Assembly: GCA_050117845.1 (NCBI GenBank)
Contig: JASFLY010000004.1
Span: 64,001-128,000 of the forward strand
DNA length: 64,000 nt
Direction: 5' to 3'
From: Candidatus Zixiibacteriota bacterium
Lineage (GTDB): Bacteria; RBG-13-66-14; B26-G2; WVWN01
Under the pieces are notes generated by a model. The model did not search any database and had not been told where the DNA came from. It saw only the letters and a program-made list of their open reading frames with translations. The translations under genes were made by a program, and so were the position numbers. Below, in pieces: positions 9,057 through 18,699 of this stretch (within the stretch, counting starts at the first letter, position 1; each line of letters starts with the position of its first letter).

Positions 9057-10339
9057 GTCTTGAGGTCCTCCCGCCGGGCCGCGGGGAAGAGGATGTTATT
9101 GAGGATAAGGCGGTAGCCGGGCGAGTTCTTGTAGAAACGCAAATCGGTGGGCGGCTCGCCGACGAAGTGCTGGAAGTCCTCCGGGTCGTGGCCGCCGAGG
9201 AAGGAGAAGAACCCCTCGCCGTGGTTGCCGTAGAGGTACTTCGCCTCCTCGTAGCCGTCCACGGTGGCGAGGACGACGGCGCTGCGCTTGACCGTCGCCC
9301 GGGTGAAGGCGGTAGTCTGCCCCATGAACTCCGTTATGTGGGAGCGGTGGTCCTGCGTCAGGATGGTGGGGACGGTGTCGGCCTTGGCGCTGAACTCGAA
9401 GAGCGTGAAGGTCCCCTTGTTCCAGGGGTCGACCTCCGGCGATATCGAGCGCGGCGTGTCGATGTCCGAGTACTCGTAGATGTAGGGATTGGTGATGACG
9501 TGGAAGTCGGTGAAGGCGAAGGTCCGGCCGTAGTCGAGGCCCGAGCTGACGTCGCCGACCACCGGCGTGTCGTCGAAGATGCTCGCGACGATATCGGTGT
9601 CCCGGGCGGCGAGGGCGATGTCGAGCGTGTCCGTGGCCGCGCACATCGCGAAGAGGAAGCCGCCGCCGGAGACGAAGCGCTCTATCTCCTCGGCCGCGGC
9701 GCCCATATAGGCCGCGACGGATTCGTAGCCCAGCGCCTCGGCCTCGGTCTGATACTGGGCCACCATGTCCTCGTACCACGGCGTCCCGGAGAACGAGCCG
9801 TAGAACTTGCCGAACTGGCCGGTGAAGTCCTCGTGGTGGAGGTGGACCCAGTCGTACTGATAGAGGCCGCCGCTCAGCACCACGTCGTTCCAGATGACGT
9901 CGTACGGGATCTCGGCGTAGTCCAGCGCTAGCAGCACGGCGTCGTCCCAGTTCGATTCGTTGGGCGGGGCGTACAGCGCGATGCGCGGCGCTTTGGTGAG
10001 GGGGACGGCCTCCATGTTCTCGGCTTCGATGACGGCGTACACGGCCCCGGGGTCGGCCAGGTACGCGGCCGTCACGCCCCGCGACAGGCAGAGGTCGGCG
10101 AGCCCTTCGTAGTCTTCGATTAGGAACGAGCCGCCGCGGTAATTGAGGAGCCACTCCGCCTTGACGCCGCGCGCCAGCGCTTCGTAGCAAACGCCGTAGG
10201 CGCGGAGGTGGTCGTTCTGGGAATCGTCCATGGGGATAAGGAGGTACGCGGCGGCCGCGGGCGCGGCGCCGGCCAGGAGGCACGCGGCGAGCGCGCCGGT
10301 CAACCGGCGGCGTGGTGCGGCTGATGCGCTCCCGAACAT
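9053..10339 (-). CDS. Conserved secreted protein of a Bacteroidota-type family often labelled asparagine synthetase B; function unknown
   Basis: Signal peptide; LIPMD..QNDHLRAYG, WLLNYRGGSF, YDWVHLHHEDFTGQFGKFY, FLFAMC, GGHDPED, PGYRLILNNILFPAA. Family recognised from memory. Confidence 0.75.
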   Translation of the reverse strand: MFGSASAAPRRRLTGALAACLLAGAAPAAAAYLLIPMDDSQNDHLRAYGVCYEALARGVKAEWLLNYRGGSFLIEDYEGLADLCLSRGVTAAYLADPGAVYAVIEAENMEAVPLTKAPRIALYAPPNESNWDDAVLLALDYAEIPYDVIWNDVVLSGGLYQYDWVHLHHEDFTGQFGKFYGSFSGTPWYEDMVAQYQTEAEALGYESVAAYMGAAAEEIERFVSGGGFLFAMCAATDTLDIALAARDTDIVASIFDDTPVVGDVSSGLDYGRTFAFTDFHVITNPYIYEYSDIDTPRSISPEVDPWNKGTFTLFEFSAKADTVPTILTQDHRSHITEFMGQTTAFTRATVKRSAVVLATVDGYEEAKYLYGNHGEGFFSFLGGHDPEDFQHFVGEPPTDLRFYKNSPGYRLILNNILFPAARREDLKT

Positions 10340-10348
10340 ACTACCCCC

Positions 10349-12325
10349 TTAATCGCGCGACGGCGCGGCCGAAGCTTCCGCCTCGGGCGGCGGGGCCCCG
10401 GGCCCCCGGGCCTCGGCCCGCCGAGCTTCGGCGGCGCGTTTCTTGCGCAGGCGCGTTCGGCGCCAGGCGTACGCCAGCTCGAATACTATGTGGACGGCGA
10501 CCGCCGGGAGGAGCAGAAGGTAGGCCGCGAACTGCAGCGGCTGGTGCAAACGGAAGTACCGCATCATCGAGATATGATGGATGAACGCGATGCGGTAGGG
10601 GTGCAGGGAGGACGACTCGCCCCAGTGGTGCATGACCGAGAGGCGGGGCAACAGGTACGTGTAGTACCCGGCGTCGCGGGCCCGGCGGCTGAAGTCCGCG
10701 TCCTCGACGTACATGAAGTACTTGTCGTCCAGCGGCCCGATGGTGTCGACGAGTTCGCGCTTGAACATCAGCGCGGCGCCGGCGATGAAGTCCACCTGGG
10801 CCGGTTTGTCCAGCGGGAGGTCGCCGTAGAACCCCTGCCGCGAGAACGGGTTGCCCGGCCAGAGCCGGTAGATGAACGAGCGCCGATTGCCGAGGAGGAG
10901 GAGCAGGTTCGGGAATCTGCGATACGACTCCTGCAGGCGCCCCGCCGGGCTTAGGAGCGCGGGGCCGACGATGCCGGCGTCCGGGTTCTCGTCCAAAAAG
11001 TCCATCAGGCCGTCGAAGACGCCCGGGCTCATTACCACGTCCGGGTTGAGTAGGAATAAATACTCGCCCCGGGCCGCCGCGAGGCCCTGGTTGTTGGCGG
11101 CGGCGTATCCGACGTTCTCACGGTTTTTTATAAACAATATGTCGTCGCGGGCGGCCAGCGCCTCCGCGGAGCCGTCCGACGACGCGTTGTCGACGACGAT
11201 TATCTCTACGTCGCCGTTCGTCGGCGGGTTCTGCCAGCAGGAATCGATGGCCGTGGGGATGACGTGGCCGGCGTTGTAGTTGACGATGATGACCGAGACC
11301 GTGGCCCGGCAGACCGCCCGCCGGGGGGACGCTTTGAGGTCGGCAGGGGCGGGCTTCGGCGCGTTCCGTATCCACTCCGCCTGGGCGGCCAGGCCGTCCT
11401 CGAGCCGGGTGTCCGGCGCGTAGTCGATGGCTTTCCGCAGGGCCGCCACGTCGCCGTGGGTCGCGCGAACGTCGCCGCGCTGGTGGGGGGCCCGCTTGAT
11501 TTCGGCCTTGCGGCCCAGCGCCGTCTCGATGGCGGCGGTGAGTTCGGCCAGCGTGACGGTCCGGCCGGAGGCTACGTTGAATGTCCCGGCCGTAACGCCC
11601 CGTTCCCAGACCGCGACCGTGGCGTTGACGATGTCGCCGACGTACGTGAAGTCGCGCCGCTCGTCCTCGTCGCCGTAGAGCGTGATGGCGTCGCCGGCGA
11701 GGATGGCCCGCATGAATTTGTGAATCGCCATGTCGGGCCGCTGGCGCGGGCCGTAGACGGTGAAGTAGCGCAGCACCGTCGCCCCCAGGCCGTAGCTCTT
11801 GACGTAGAGGTGAACCAGGTCCTCGGCCGCGAGCTTCGTCGCGCCGTAGGGGGAGACCGGCGCCGGCACCGCGTCCTCGGTCACCGGCAGCTTCACGGCG
11901 TCGCCGTAAATGGAGCTGGACGAGGCGAGGACGAAGGGGACGTCGGGCCGCTCCCGCAGGGCTTCCAGGAGCCGCTGCGTCGCGAGGACGTTGTTGGACA
12001 GATACTCGCCGTAGTGCCGGCCCCAGGAGTCGCGGACCCCCGGCCTGGCGGCCAGGTGGAAGACGCCGTCCACGCCGTCGAGCAGGCGGGAAACGTCGGC
12101 GTCGGCCAGGTCGAGTTCGCGGAAGGTGTAGGCCGGATTGGCGAGCGCCGGTTGGATGTTGCTCTCTTTGATACTCCGGCCGTAATTGCCCAGGAAGCTG
12201 TCGACGGCGACGACCTCGCAGCCCCGCCGCAGGAGCTCGTCGGCGAGGTTCGAGCCGATAAAACCGGCGGCGCCCGTAACGAGAACGCGCCGCCGGGAGG
12301 GCGTTTTTGCGTTATCCGAAGTCAT
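10349..12325 (-). CDS. Fusion of NAD-dependent nucleotide-sugar epimerase/dehydratase and GT2 glycosyltransferase
   Basis: N-half: TGAAGFIG, SSSSIYG, YGATK, RYFTVYGPRQRPDMA. C-half: IIVNYN, VVDNASSDGS, LLNPD, YFMYVEDADF. Confidence 0.9.
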   Translation of the reverse strand: MTSDNAKTPSRRRVLVTGAAGFIGSNLADELLRRGCEVVAVDSFLGNYGRSIKESNIQPALANPAYTFRELDLADADVSRLLDGVDGVFHLAARPGVRDSWGRHYGEYLSNNVLATQRLLEALRERPDVPFVLASSSSIYGDAVKLPVTEDAVPAPVSPYGATKLAAEDLVHLYVKSYGLGATVLRYFTVYGPRQRPDMAIHKFMRAILAGDAITLYGDEDERRDFTYVGDIVNATVAVWERGVTAGTFNVASGRTVTLAELTAAIETALGRKAEIKRAPHQRGDVRATHGDVAALRKAIDYAPDTRLEDGLAAQAEWIRNAPKPAPADLKASPRRAVCRATVSVIIVNYNAGHVIPTAIDSCWQNPPTNGDVEIIVVDNASSDGSAEALAARDDILFIKNRENVGYAAANNQGLAAARGEYLFLLNPDVVMSPGVFDGLMDFLDENPDAGIVGPALLSPAGRLQESYRRFPNLLLLLGNRRSFIYRLWPGNPFSRQGFYGDLPLDKPAQVDFIAGAALMFKRELVDTIGPLDDKYFMYVEDADFSRRARDAGYYTYLLPRLSVMHHWGESSSLHPYRIAFIHHISMMRYFRLHQPLQFAAYLLLLPAVAVHIVFELAYAWRRTRLRKKRAAEARRAEARGPGAPPPEAEASAAPSRD

Positions 12326-12370
12326 ATTTACGCCGGAAAAAAGCCGCCGCGGCGGCCGTCCGACGTTTCG

Positions 12371-12398
12371 ATTATAAAGGAGGGGCGATAAATGTCAA
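12371..12398 (-). promoter_or_regulatory. Sigma70-type promoter for the epimerase-GT2 operon
   Basis: Minus strand TTGACA-16 nt-TATAAT. Confidence 0.7.
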
Positions 12399-12411
12399 GC
12401 GGAGAATTGGC

Positions 12412-12440
12412 TTGACCTGGCGACTGCCGCCCCGTAAAAT
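12412..12440 (+). promoter_or_regulatory. Sigma70-type promoter firing antisense into rpmB, towards the GT operon
   Basis: TTGACC-17 nt-TAAAAT. Confidence 0.55.
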
Positions 12441-12462
12441 AAAAAAGGCCCGTCGCCGGGCC
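12441..12462 (-). terminator. rpmB terminator
   Basis: GGCCCG/CGGGCC stem followed by T6 on the minus strand. Confidence 0.75.
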
Positions 12463-12484
12463 GATGTTGGTGCGCCGAGTCACG

Positions 12485-12673
12485 CTAGGCCTTGCGGGCC
12501 TTACCGGCCTTAAGGCAGCGGGTACAAACGCGCATCCTCATGACCCGACCGTCCACGCGTACGCGAACGCGGTGCAGGTTCGGTTTGAACTTCCGCTTCG
12601 TGACGTTGTGGGCGTGACTTATACTCTGGCCGAACATGGGCCGTTTGCCGCAAATATCGCATTTATAAGACAT
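12485..12673 (-). CDS. rpmB: 50S ribosomal protein bL28 (Zn-binding type)
   Basis: CDICGKRP, SHAHNVTKRKFKPNL, VCTRCLK. Confidence 0.97.
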   Translation of the reverse strand: MSYKCDICGKRPMFGQSISHAHNVTKRKFKPNLHRVRVRVDGRVMRMRVCTRCLKAGKARKA

Positions 12674-12720
12674 AGCGTATCCCTTTCTGAGAGCGGGAAT
12701 ATATCATAATTAACAATACG

Positions 12721-13503
12721 ATGCAAGAAGAAAGTCCCCGTCTTTCTGTCGCCATCCTGGCCCATAATGAGGCCGGCGACCTGGCCGCCCTCCTCGAGAC
12801 CGTTACCTTCGCGGACGAGATAATCGTGGCCGACGCCGAATCCGAGGACGATACTGCCGAGGTGGCACGCCGCGCCGGGGCCCGCGTCATCCCGGTTAAA
12901 AACGATTACAATTTGAATATTAATAAAACCGTGGCCATCGACGCCTGCCGGGGGGAGTGGATAATATACCTCGACCCGGACGAGAGCGTTCCGCCGGAGC
13001 TGGCCGAGGCCGTCACGGCCGCCGCGGGCGGCGACGGACCGTACGCCGCGTACGAGTTCCCGCGCCGCAACAACTTCTTCGGCCGTTACCTGGGGCACGG
13101 CGGCGCCTACCCCGATTACCAGTTGCGCCTCTTCCGCCGCGGCCGGGCCCATTTCCCCTGCCTCTCCGTGCACGAGCGGCTGGAGGTGGACGGCCGCATA
13201 GGCCGGCTGGCGACGCCGCTCCTCCACCGGACCTACCCGACCGTAGCGGATTACCTCCGAAAGTTACCTATGTACGTGTCGGCCGGGGCCGACCACCTGG
13301 GCCGGCGGGGCCTCCGTACCTCCGTCGCGACGGACCTGTGGTACTTCATGGGGCGGCCGTGGATCCGGTTCACCCGGCGGTATATTTTCAAACTCGGCTT
13401 CATGGACGGCTGGCCCGGCTTCCTGGCGTGCGCGCTGGACGCCACGCAGGCCATATTAACCTACTACGAGTACCGCTCCCGGGGACGAAAAGGCCGGCCT
13501 TAA
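12721..13503 (+). CDS. GT2 glycosyltransferase (beta-1,4-glucosyltransferase-like)
   Basis: ILAHNE, DEIIVAD.ESED.T, LDPDE, YPDYQLRLF, VHE, KLGFMDG. Confidence 0.9.
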   Translation: MQEESPRLSVAILAHNEAGDLAALLETVTFADEIIVADAESEDDTAEVARRAGARVIPVKNDYNLNINKTVAIDACRGEWIIYLDPDESVPPELAEAVTAAAGGDGPYAAYEFPRRNNFFGRYLGHGGAYPDYQLRLFRRGRAHFPCLSVHERLEVDGRIGRLATPLLHRTYPTVADYLRKLPMYVSAGADHLGRRGLRTSVATDLWYFMGRPWIRFTRRYIFKLGFMDGWPGFLACALDATQAILTYYEYRSRGRKGRP

Positions 13504-14706
13504 GTGCGAATACTCCAGATAGACAAGTTTCTTTTTTTGCGGGGAGGCGCCGAACGCTACATGTTCGACGTGGCCCGCGAGCAACGGCGCCGCGGCCACG
13601 ACGTCTTCTTCTTCGGGACGGACCACGCCGAGAACGTCGAGACCGAGCACCGTCGCTACTACCCCCCCTATCACGAATTCGCCGAAGGCCGGCCGGGCCT
13701 GGGCGCCGCGCTCTCGTCGGTCTGGTCGCGCGAGGCCGCCCGGTGCCTGCGGGCCTTCCTCGACGTCGCCCGACCCGACGTGGCCCACCTCCACAACACC
13801 GCCTATCACCTGACGCCCTCCATCGTAGCCGAACTCGCCCGCGCCGGCGTGCCGGCGGTGATGATCCTCCACGACTACAACCTCTTCTGTCCCAACCACT
13901 ATTTCTTCAGCCGCGGCGAGCCGTGCTACCGCTGTGCCGAGGGTCATTATTTTTCTTGTATAACCCGCCGCTGCGTGAAGGGGAAGCTGGGGGCCTCGGT
14001 CCTCGGTTACGTCGCGCACCTCGTCGCCCGGCGCACGGCAATCTACCACAAGCTCGCGCGCATCATCACGCCCTCCAACTTCCTGCGGGACCACGCCCGA
14101 AACGCCGGCTACGAACGCGTTACGCGCATGCCGTCCGTCTACGACGTCAAGATCGGGGAAATGCTGCCGAAGGAGGATTACTTCCTCTATGCCGGCCGGT
14201 TGGCCCCGGAGAAAGGCATCGACGTCCTCATTCAGGCCGTGGGCCTCGCCGGTTCCCACGTCCGGCTTAAAGTGGCGGGCAGCGGGCCGGTCGAGGCCGA
14301 GCTCCGGGAAACGGCCGGGGAGTACGCCGCGGGCCAGGTGGAATTTTTGGGGAAACTCGGCCCGGAGGCGCTTACCGGGGAGATGGCGTCGGCCCGGGCG
14401 GTCGTCGTACCGTCGGTCTGGCCGGAAAACACGCCCGCCGTCGTGATGGAGGCGCTGGGCGCCGGGGCCCCCATTATCGCGTCGCGGATGGGCGGCGTGC
14501 CCGAGATGTTCGACCACGGCGTGGAGGGCCTGCTGGTCGAGGCGGGGGACGTCCCGGGCCTGACGGCCGCGCTGCTGGAGCTCGCCGGCGACGCAGGCCG
14601 GGCGCGCGAGATGGGCGAAGCGGGCCAGCGGCGCCTCGCCCGCGACTTCTCGTTCGAAAAACACATGACGGAACTATTGGACCTTTACCGGGAGGTCGCG
14701 GCGTGA
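13504..14706 (+). CDS. GT4 glycosyltransferase
   Basis: GGAERY, LHDY..CP, YAGRLAPEKG, PSVWPENTP..VMEA; GTG start. Confidence 0.9.
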   Translation: MRILQIDKFLFLRGGAERYMFDVAREQRRRGHDVFFFGTDHAENVETEHRRYYPPYHEFAEGRPGLGAALSSVWSREAARCLRAFLDVARPDVAHLHNTAYHLTPSIVAELARAGVPAVMILHDYNLFCPNHYFFSRGEPCYRCAEGHYFSCITRRCVKGKLGASVLGYVAHLVARRTAIYHKLARIITPSNFLRDHARNAGYERVTRMPSVYDVKIGEMLPKEDYFLYAGRLAPEKGIDVLIQAVGLAGSHVRLKVAGSGPVEAELRETAGEYAAGQVEFLGKLGPEALTGEMASARAVVVPSVWPENTPAVVMEALGAGAPIIASRMGGVPEMFDHGVEGLLVEAGDVPGLTAALLELAGDAGRAREMGEAGQRRLARDFSFEKHMTELLDLYREVAA

Positions 14707-15794
14707 GGGTGGCCATGATCGGCCTCAAGGGCGTCCCCGCCCTGCACGGCGGCATCGAGCGGCACGTCGAGGAGTTGGGCAAGAATCTGTCGCGCCTCGG
14801 CCACGACGTCACGGTCTACTGCCGCCGCAACTACACGGCCGCCGACGCCGCGGTCGAGGGCATGTCGTTGCGCCGCCTCGGAAGCGTCAACACCAAACAC
14901 TTCGACGCCTGGACCCACACGTTGCTGGCGTCCTTCGACTCCCTGCCCCGCAACTTTGACATCTATCATTACCACGCCCTCGGCCCCGCGACGCTCGCGC
15001 TCATCCCGCGCGCGCTGGGTCGCCGCGTCGTCGTCACGGTGCACGGCCTGGACTGGCAGCGCGAGAAGTGGGGCCGCGTCGCCTCCGCTTACCTGCGCAT
15101 GGGGGAGTGGGCGGCCGCCCGCCTCGCGACCCGCACCATCGTCGTCTCCCGCGAACTCCAGCGCTACTTCGCCCGGCAGTACCGGCGCCGCACGACCTAC
15201 ATCCCGAACGCCGTCGAGATGCCCGGCCCCGCGGATTTCGAGCAGCTCCGGCCCTTCGGCCTCGAGCCCGGCCGCTACCTCCTCACCGTGGGCCGCCTCG
15301 TCCCCGAGAAGGGCATCCATCACCTCCTCGAGGCCTACGCCCGGGTCGATACCGACCTGCCGCTCGTCATCGTCGGCGACGATCCGGACGGGAAGTACGT
15401 CGCGCGGTTGAAGGAGATAGCGGACGAGCGCGTACGCTTCGTGGGCTACGTTTACGGGCCGCCGCTGGCGGCGTTCTTCGCCGGCGCGTACCTCTACGTC
15501 CAGCCGTCCACGCTTGAGGGCCTTTCCATCGCGCTGCTGGAGGCGATGAGCCACGGCGCCGGCGTCCTGGCCTCGGACATCCCGGCCAACGTCGAGGCGC
15601 TGGGCGACGCCGGCTTCTACTTCCCCGGCGGCGACGTGGCCGCGCTGACCCGCCGCCTGCCCGAGCTGATAGCCTCTCCCGACGCCGTGGCCGAGAAGGG
15701 CCGGGAGGCCGGCCGGCGCGTCGCCGATCTGTATTCCTGGGATGAAGTGGCCCGCCGGACGGCTGCGGTTTACGAGGCCGCCCGGGGCAAGTAG
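14703..15794 (+). CDS. GT4 glycosyltransferase
   Basis: GVPALHGGIERHVEE, VHGLDWQREKW, VGRLVPEKG, PSTLEGLSIALLEAMS. Confidence 0.92.
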   Translation: MRVAMIGLKGVPALHGGIERHVEELGKNLSRLGHDVTVYCRRNYTAADAAVEGMSLRRLGSVNTKHFDAWTHTLLASFDSLPRNFDIYHYHALGPATLALIPRALGRRVVVTVHGLDWQREKWGRVASAYLRMGEWAAARLATRTIVVSRELQRYFARQYRRRTTYIPNAVEMPGPADFEQLRPFGLEPGRYLLTVGRLVPEKGIHHLLEAYARVDTDLPLVIVGDDPDGKYVARLKEIADERVRFVGYVYGPPLAAFFAGAYLYVQPSTLEGLSIALLEAMSHGAGVLASDIPANVEALGDAGFYFPGGDVAALTRRLPELIASPDAVAEKGREAGRRVADLYSWDEVARRTAAVYEAARGK

Positions 15795-15795
15795 G

Positions 15796-17337
15796 CTAGC
15801 CGGCCTCCGCGGGCCGGCGATAAACGATTTCCCCTTTTACGGCCGTCGCTTCCACCTCGATGTCGGCCACCTCGGCCGGCGGGAGCGTTCGCGGGTCCCG
15901 CGCCACCGCGGTGAACGACGCCCATTTCCCGACCTCCAGCGTTCCCCGGTCGTCCTCGGCGAAGACCGACGCCGCGGCGCCCGTCGTGAACATGCCGAGC
16001 GCCTGGCCGAAGGATAGCCGCTCGCCCTCGGTGGGATGGTTCATCGCGGCCGCGATGCCGAGCAGCGGATTGATGGGGGTGATGTCGGAGTCGGAGCCCC
16101 CGGCGAGGACGATGCCGCGGGACAGCGGCGTCCGCAGGCGGTTGGTCCGCCGGTAGCGTTCGCCCAGCCGCGACTCGTACATCCGGCCCGGGCCGCCCCA
16201 GTACCACTCGAAGGCCGGCTGCATCGACAGCACGACGCCGAGTTCCGCCGCGCGGTCCATATCCTCGTCCGCTACGAGTTCGGCGTGTTCGACGCGGTGG
16301 CGGCAGTTCGGCCGCGGGTACTCCCCAAGGGCGGCCTCGTACGCGTCCAGGACCTGCCGCACCGCCCGATCGCCGATGGCGTGCAGGGCGACTTGCAGGC
16401 CGGCGGCGTGGGCCGCGAGGACGAGGGCCATGAGGTCGTCGTCCGCGAAGTAGAGTTCGCCCCGCGTCGTCGGCACGTCGGCGTAGGGCTCGCTTAAGGC
16501 CGCCGTCCGGGAGCCGAGCGACCCGTCCACCAGAAGGCAGCCCCCCAGCCGGGGAAGGCCCAGCTCCCGGACCATCGCCGCGGACGCCACCTGCGGGAAG
16601 ACGAACGTCTCGAGCGGCAGGCGGTCCTGTATCCCCATTAGTACGCGCACGTCGTCGGGGCCGAAGAGTTGTCCCCCCTCCAGCGCGCAGAGCGCGACGA
16701 CGCCCCGCGAGGCCGCCAGGGCCGCCGCCTCCTCGAACGCCCGGACCTTCGTCGCCGGCTCGAGGTGGCGGTAGAGGTTGGCCCGGGCGAGTTCGTTCGC
16801 CCGGCCGCGGAGCATCCCGGTGGGCCTGCTCTCGGCGTCGAGGTCCACCCCCGGCCAGGTCGCGTCCACCGCCAGGTGCCGCCAGGCCGCGCCGTTTACC
16901 GCGAGCGAGTGGGAGTCCACCCGCACGACGACGACCGGCGTGTCCGGCGCCGCGGCGTCGAGTTCGGCCCCGGTCGGGAGGCGCTTTTCGGCCAGATTGC
17001 TTTCGTCCAGGCCGTAGCACAACGCCACGTCGTCGCCCCGGCCCGCCGCCTCCCGCACGAGGTCGAAGACGTCGGCGAGGTTGCGGGCGCCGCTAAGGTC
17101 GGCGGCCCGGAGCGTCAGGCCCGTCTGGAGGAGGTGCGCGTGGGCGTCCCACAGGCCGGGCAGGACGACCGCGTCGCCGAGGTCCACGGTCGGAACACCC
17201 GCCCGGGCGAAGGCCTCGGCCTCGGCGGCCGGCCCGACGGCGACGATGCGCCCCCGCCGGACGGCGACGAAAGCCGCGTCCGCGGCCCCGGGGGCGGTTA
17301 TCACCGTTTTGCTTAAATATATGGTATCGGCGTCCAT
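15796..17337 (-). CDS. Amidohydrolase family 3 (YtcJ-like) metal-dependent hydrolase
   Basis: PGLWDAHAH, DGSLGSRTAAL, HAIGDRA, RHRVEHA, GSD. Start moved to MDADTIY. Confidence 0.9.
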   Translation of the reverse strand: MDADTIYLSKTVITAPGAADAAFVAVRRGRIVAVGPAAEAEAFARAGVPTVDLGDAVVLPGLWDAHAHLLQTGLTLRAADLSGARNLADVFDLVREAAGRGDDVALCYGLDESNLAEKRLPTGAELDAAAPDTPVVVVRVDSHSLAVNGAAWRHLAVDATWPGVDLDAESRPTGMLRGRANELARANLYRHLEPATKVRAFEEAAALAASRGVVALCALEGGQLFGPDDVRVLMGIQDRLPLETFVFPQVASAAMVRELGLPRLGGCLLVDGSLGSRTAALSEPYADVPTTRGELYFADDDLMALVLAAHAAGLQVALHAIGDRAVRQVLDAYEAALGEYPRPNCRHRVEHAELVADEDMDRAAELGVVLSMQPAFEWYWGGPGRMYESRLGERYRRTNRLRTPLSRGIVLAGGSDSDITPINPLLGIAAAMNHPTEGERLSFGQALGMFTTGAAASVFAEDDRGTLEVGKWASFTAVARDPRTLPPAEVADIEVEATAVKGEIVYRRPAEAG

Positions 17338-17435
17338 ACGACTTTCCGGCAGGCGTTGACACGAAATCGCCGGATATGCTAGATTATAGAAAATCACAAC
17401 CTGAAAATGAAGCATTATCGTAGAACGGAAGGTTT

Positions 17436-18335
17436 ATGAGCGTACTCGCCGTAGGTTCTATCGCATTCGACACGATTCAGGCGCCGGGCGGCCGGGTGGA
17501 AGAGGAACTCGGCGGCTCGGCCACGTACTTCTCGCTGGCGGCGTCGCTGTTCTCGCCGGTGGCCATCGTCGCGGTGGTAGGGGACGACTTCCCCGACGAG
17601 GTCGTCCAGATGTTAATGGACCGGAAGGTGGACTGCGTCGGCTTGGAGCGCCGCGCGGGGAAGACCTTCCGCTGGTGCGGCCGCTACGGCGAGGACGTCA
17701 ACGTCGCCATCACCGAACGGACCGACCTCGGCGTCTTCGGCGAGTTCAAACCGGTCATCCCGGACAGCTACCGCGACTACCCGTTCGTGGCCCTGGGGAA
17801 CATCGACCCCGTGCTCCAGCTCTCGGTTCTGGATCAGGTCAGCGGGCCGAAGCTCGTCGCCGCCGATACCATGAACTACTGGATCGACCGCCAGCGCGAC
17901 GACCTGGGCGACGTCATAGGCAAGGTCGACGTCCTTATCGTCAACGACGCCGAGGCCAAGATGCTGGGGAGCGACGACGGCCTCCTCCGCGCGATGACGC
18001 GCCTCTTGGGCCTCGGGCCGAAGTATGTCCTGGCCAAGAAGGGCGAACACGGCGCCGTTTTAATGTCCCGCGATTTCGAGTTCATCCTGCCGGCCTTCCC
18101 GCTGCGCGAGGTCGCCGACCCCACCGGCGCGGGGGACAGCTTCGCCGGCGGCTTTATGGGCTACCTCGCCGAGACCGGCGACGTATCGCCCGCCAACCTC
18201 TGCCGGGCCGTGGCCTACGGCGCGACCGTGGCGTCGTTCACCGTGGAGGGCCTGGGGACGCGGCGGCTGGCCGCGGCCACCCGCGAGGAAGTCGACGAGC
18301 GCCTGGCGCGTCTCGGCGACATGACCCGCTTTTAA
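17436..18335 (+). CDS. PfkB/ribokinase-family carbohydrate kinase
   Basis: VGSIAFD, LGGSATY, DTMNYWI, KKGEHGA, DPTGAGDSFAGG. TTGACA...TAGATT promoter upstream. Confidence 0.93.
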   Translation: MSVLAVGSIAFDTIQAPGGRVEEELGGSATYFSLAASLFSPVAIVAVVGDDFPDEVVQMLMDRKVDCVGLERRAGKTFRWCGRYGEDVNVAITERTDLGVFGEFKPVIPDSYRDYPFVALGNIDPVLQLSVLDQVSGPKLVAADTMNYWIDRQRDDLGDVIGKVDVLIVNDAEAKMLGSDDGLLRAMTRLLGLGPKYVLAKKGEHGAVLMSRDFEFILPAFPLREVADPTGAGDSFAGGFMGYLAETGDVSPANLCRAVAYGATVASFTVEGLGTRRLAAATREEVDERLARLGDMTRF

Positions 18336-18343
18336 ATTACGAT

Positions 18344-18646
18344 ATGCAGTCAGCGTTATTAGTAATACTCCTAATCCTCGACCGGGCGATAGGCGTCTAC
18401 ATGCTCGTCATCGTCGCCCGGGCCATAATGTCGTGGTTTCGGCCCAACCCCCGCAACCCCATCGTGCGCTTTCTTTACGCCATAACCGACCCGATACTCG
18501 GGCCGGTGCGCGACCTCATCCACTACCGGCTCCGCCTCAACCTCGGCGGCATCGACATATCGCCGCTGGTCGTCATCGGGGCCCTGTGGGCCCTGCGGGC
18601 GGTGGTCATTCCGTGGTTGATAAATATCGTCTACACGATGGGATAG
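18344..18646 (+). CDS. YggT family membrane protein
   Basis: MQSALLV... ARAIMSWF.PNP.NP.VRFLY.ITDPILGP.R, GGIDISP (3' part of track ORF 17675-18646). Confidence 0.9.
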   Translation: MQSALLVILLILDRAIGVYMLVIVARAIMSWFRPNPRNPIVRFLYAITDPILGPVRDLIHYRLRLNLGGIDISPLVVIGALWALRAVVIPWLINIVYTMG

Positions 18647-18665
18647 CGGGCCTCGCCCGGGTTCC

Positions 18666-18692
18666 GGCGGCGTACTACGCCGCCCTTTTTTT
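18666..18692 (+). terminator. Intrinsic terminator after yggT
   Basis: GGCGGCGTA/TACGCCGCC inverted repeat followed by CT7. Confidence 0.65.
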
Positions 18693-18699
18693 AAGGATT

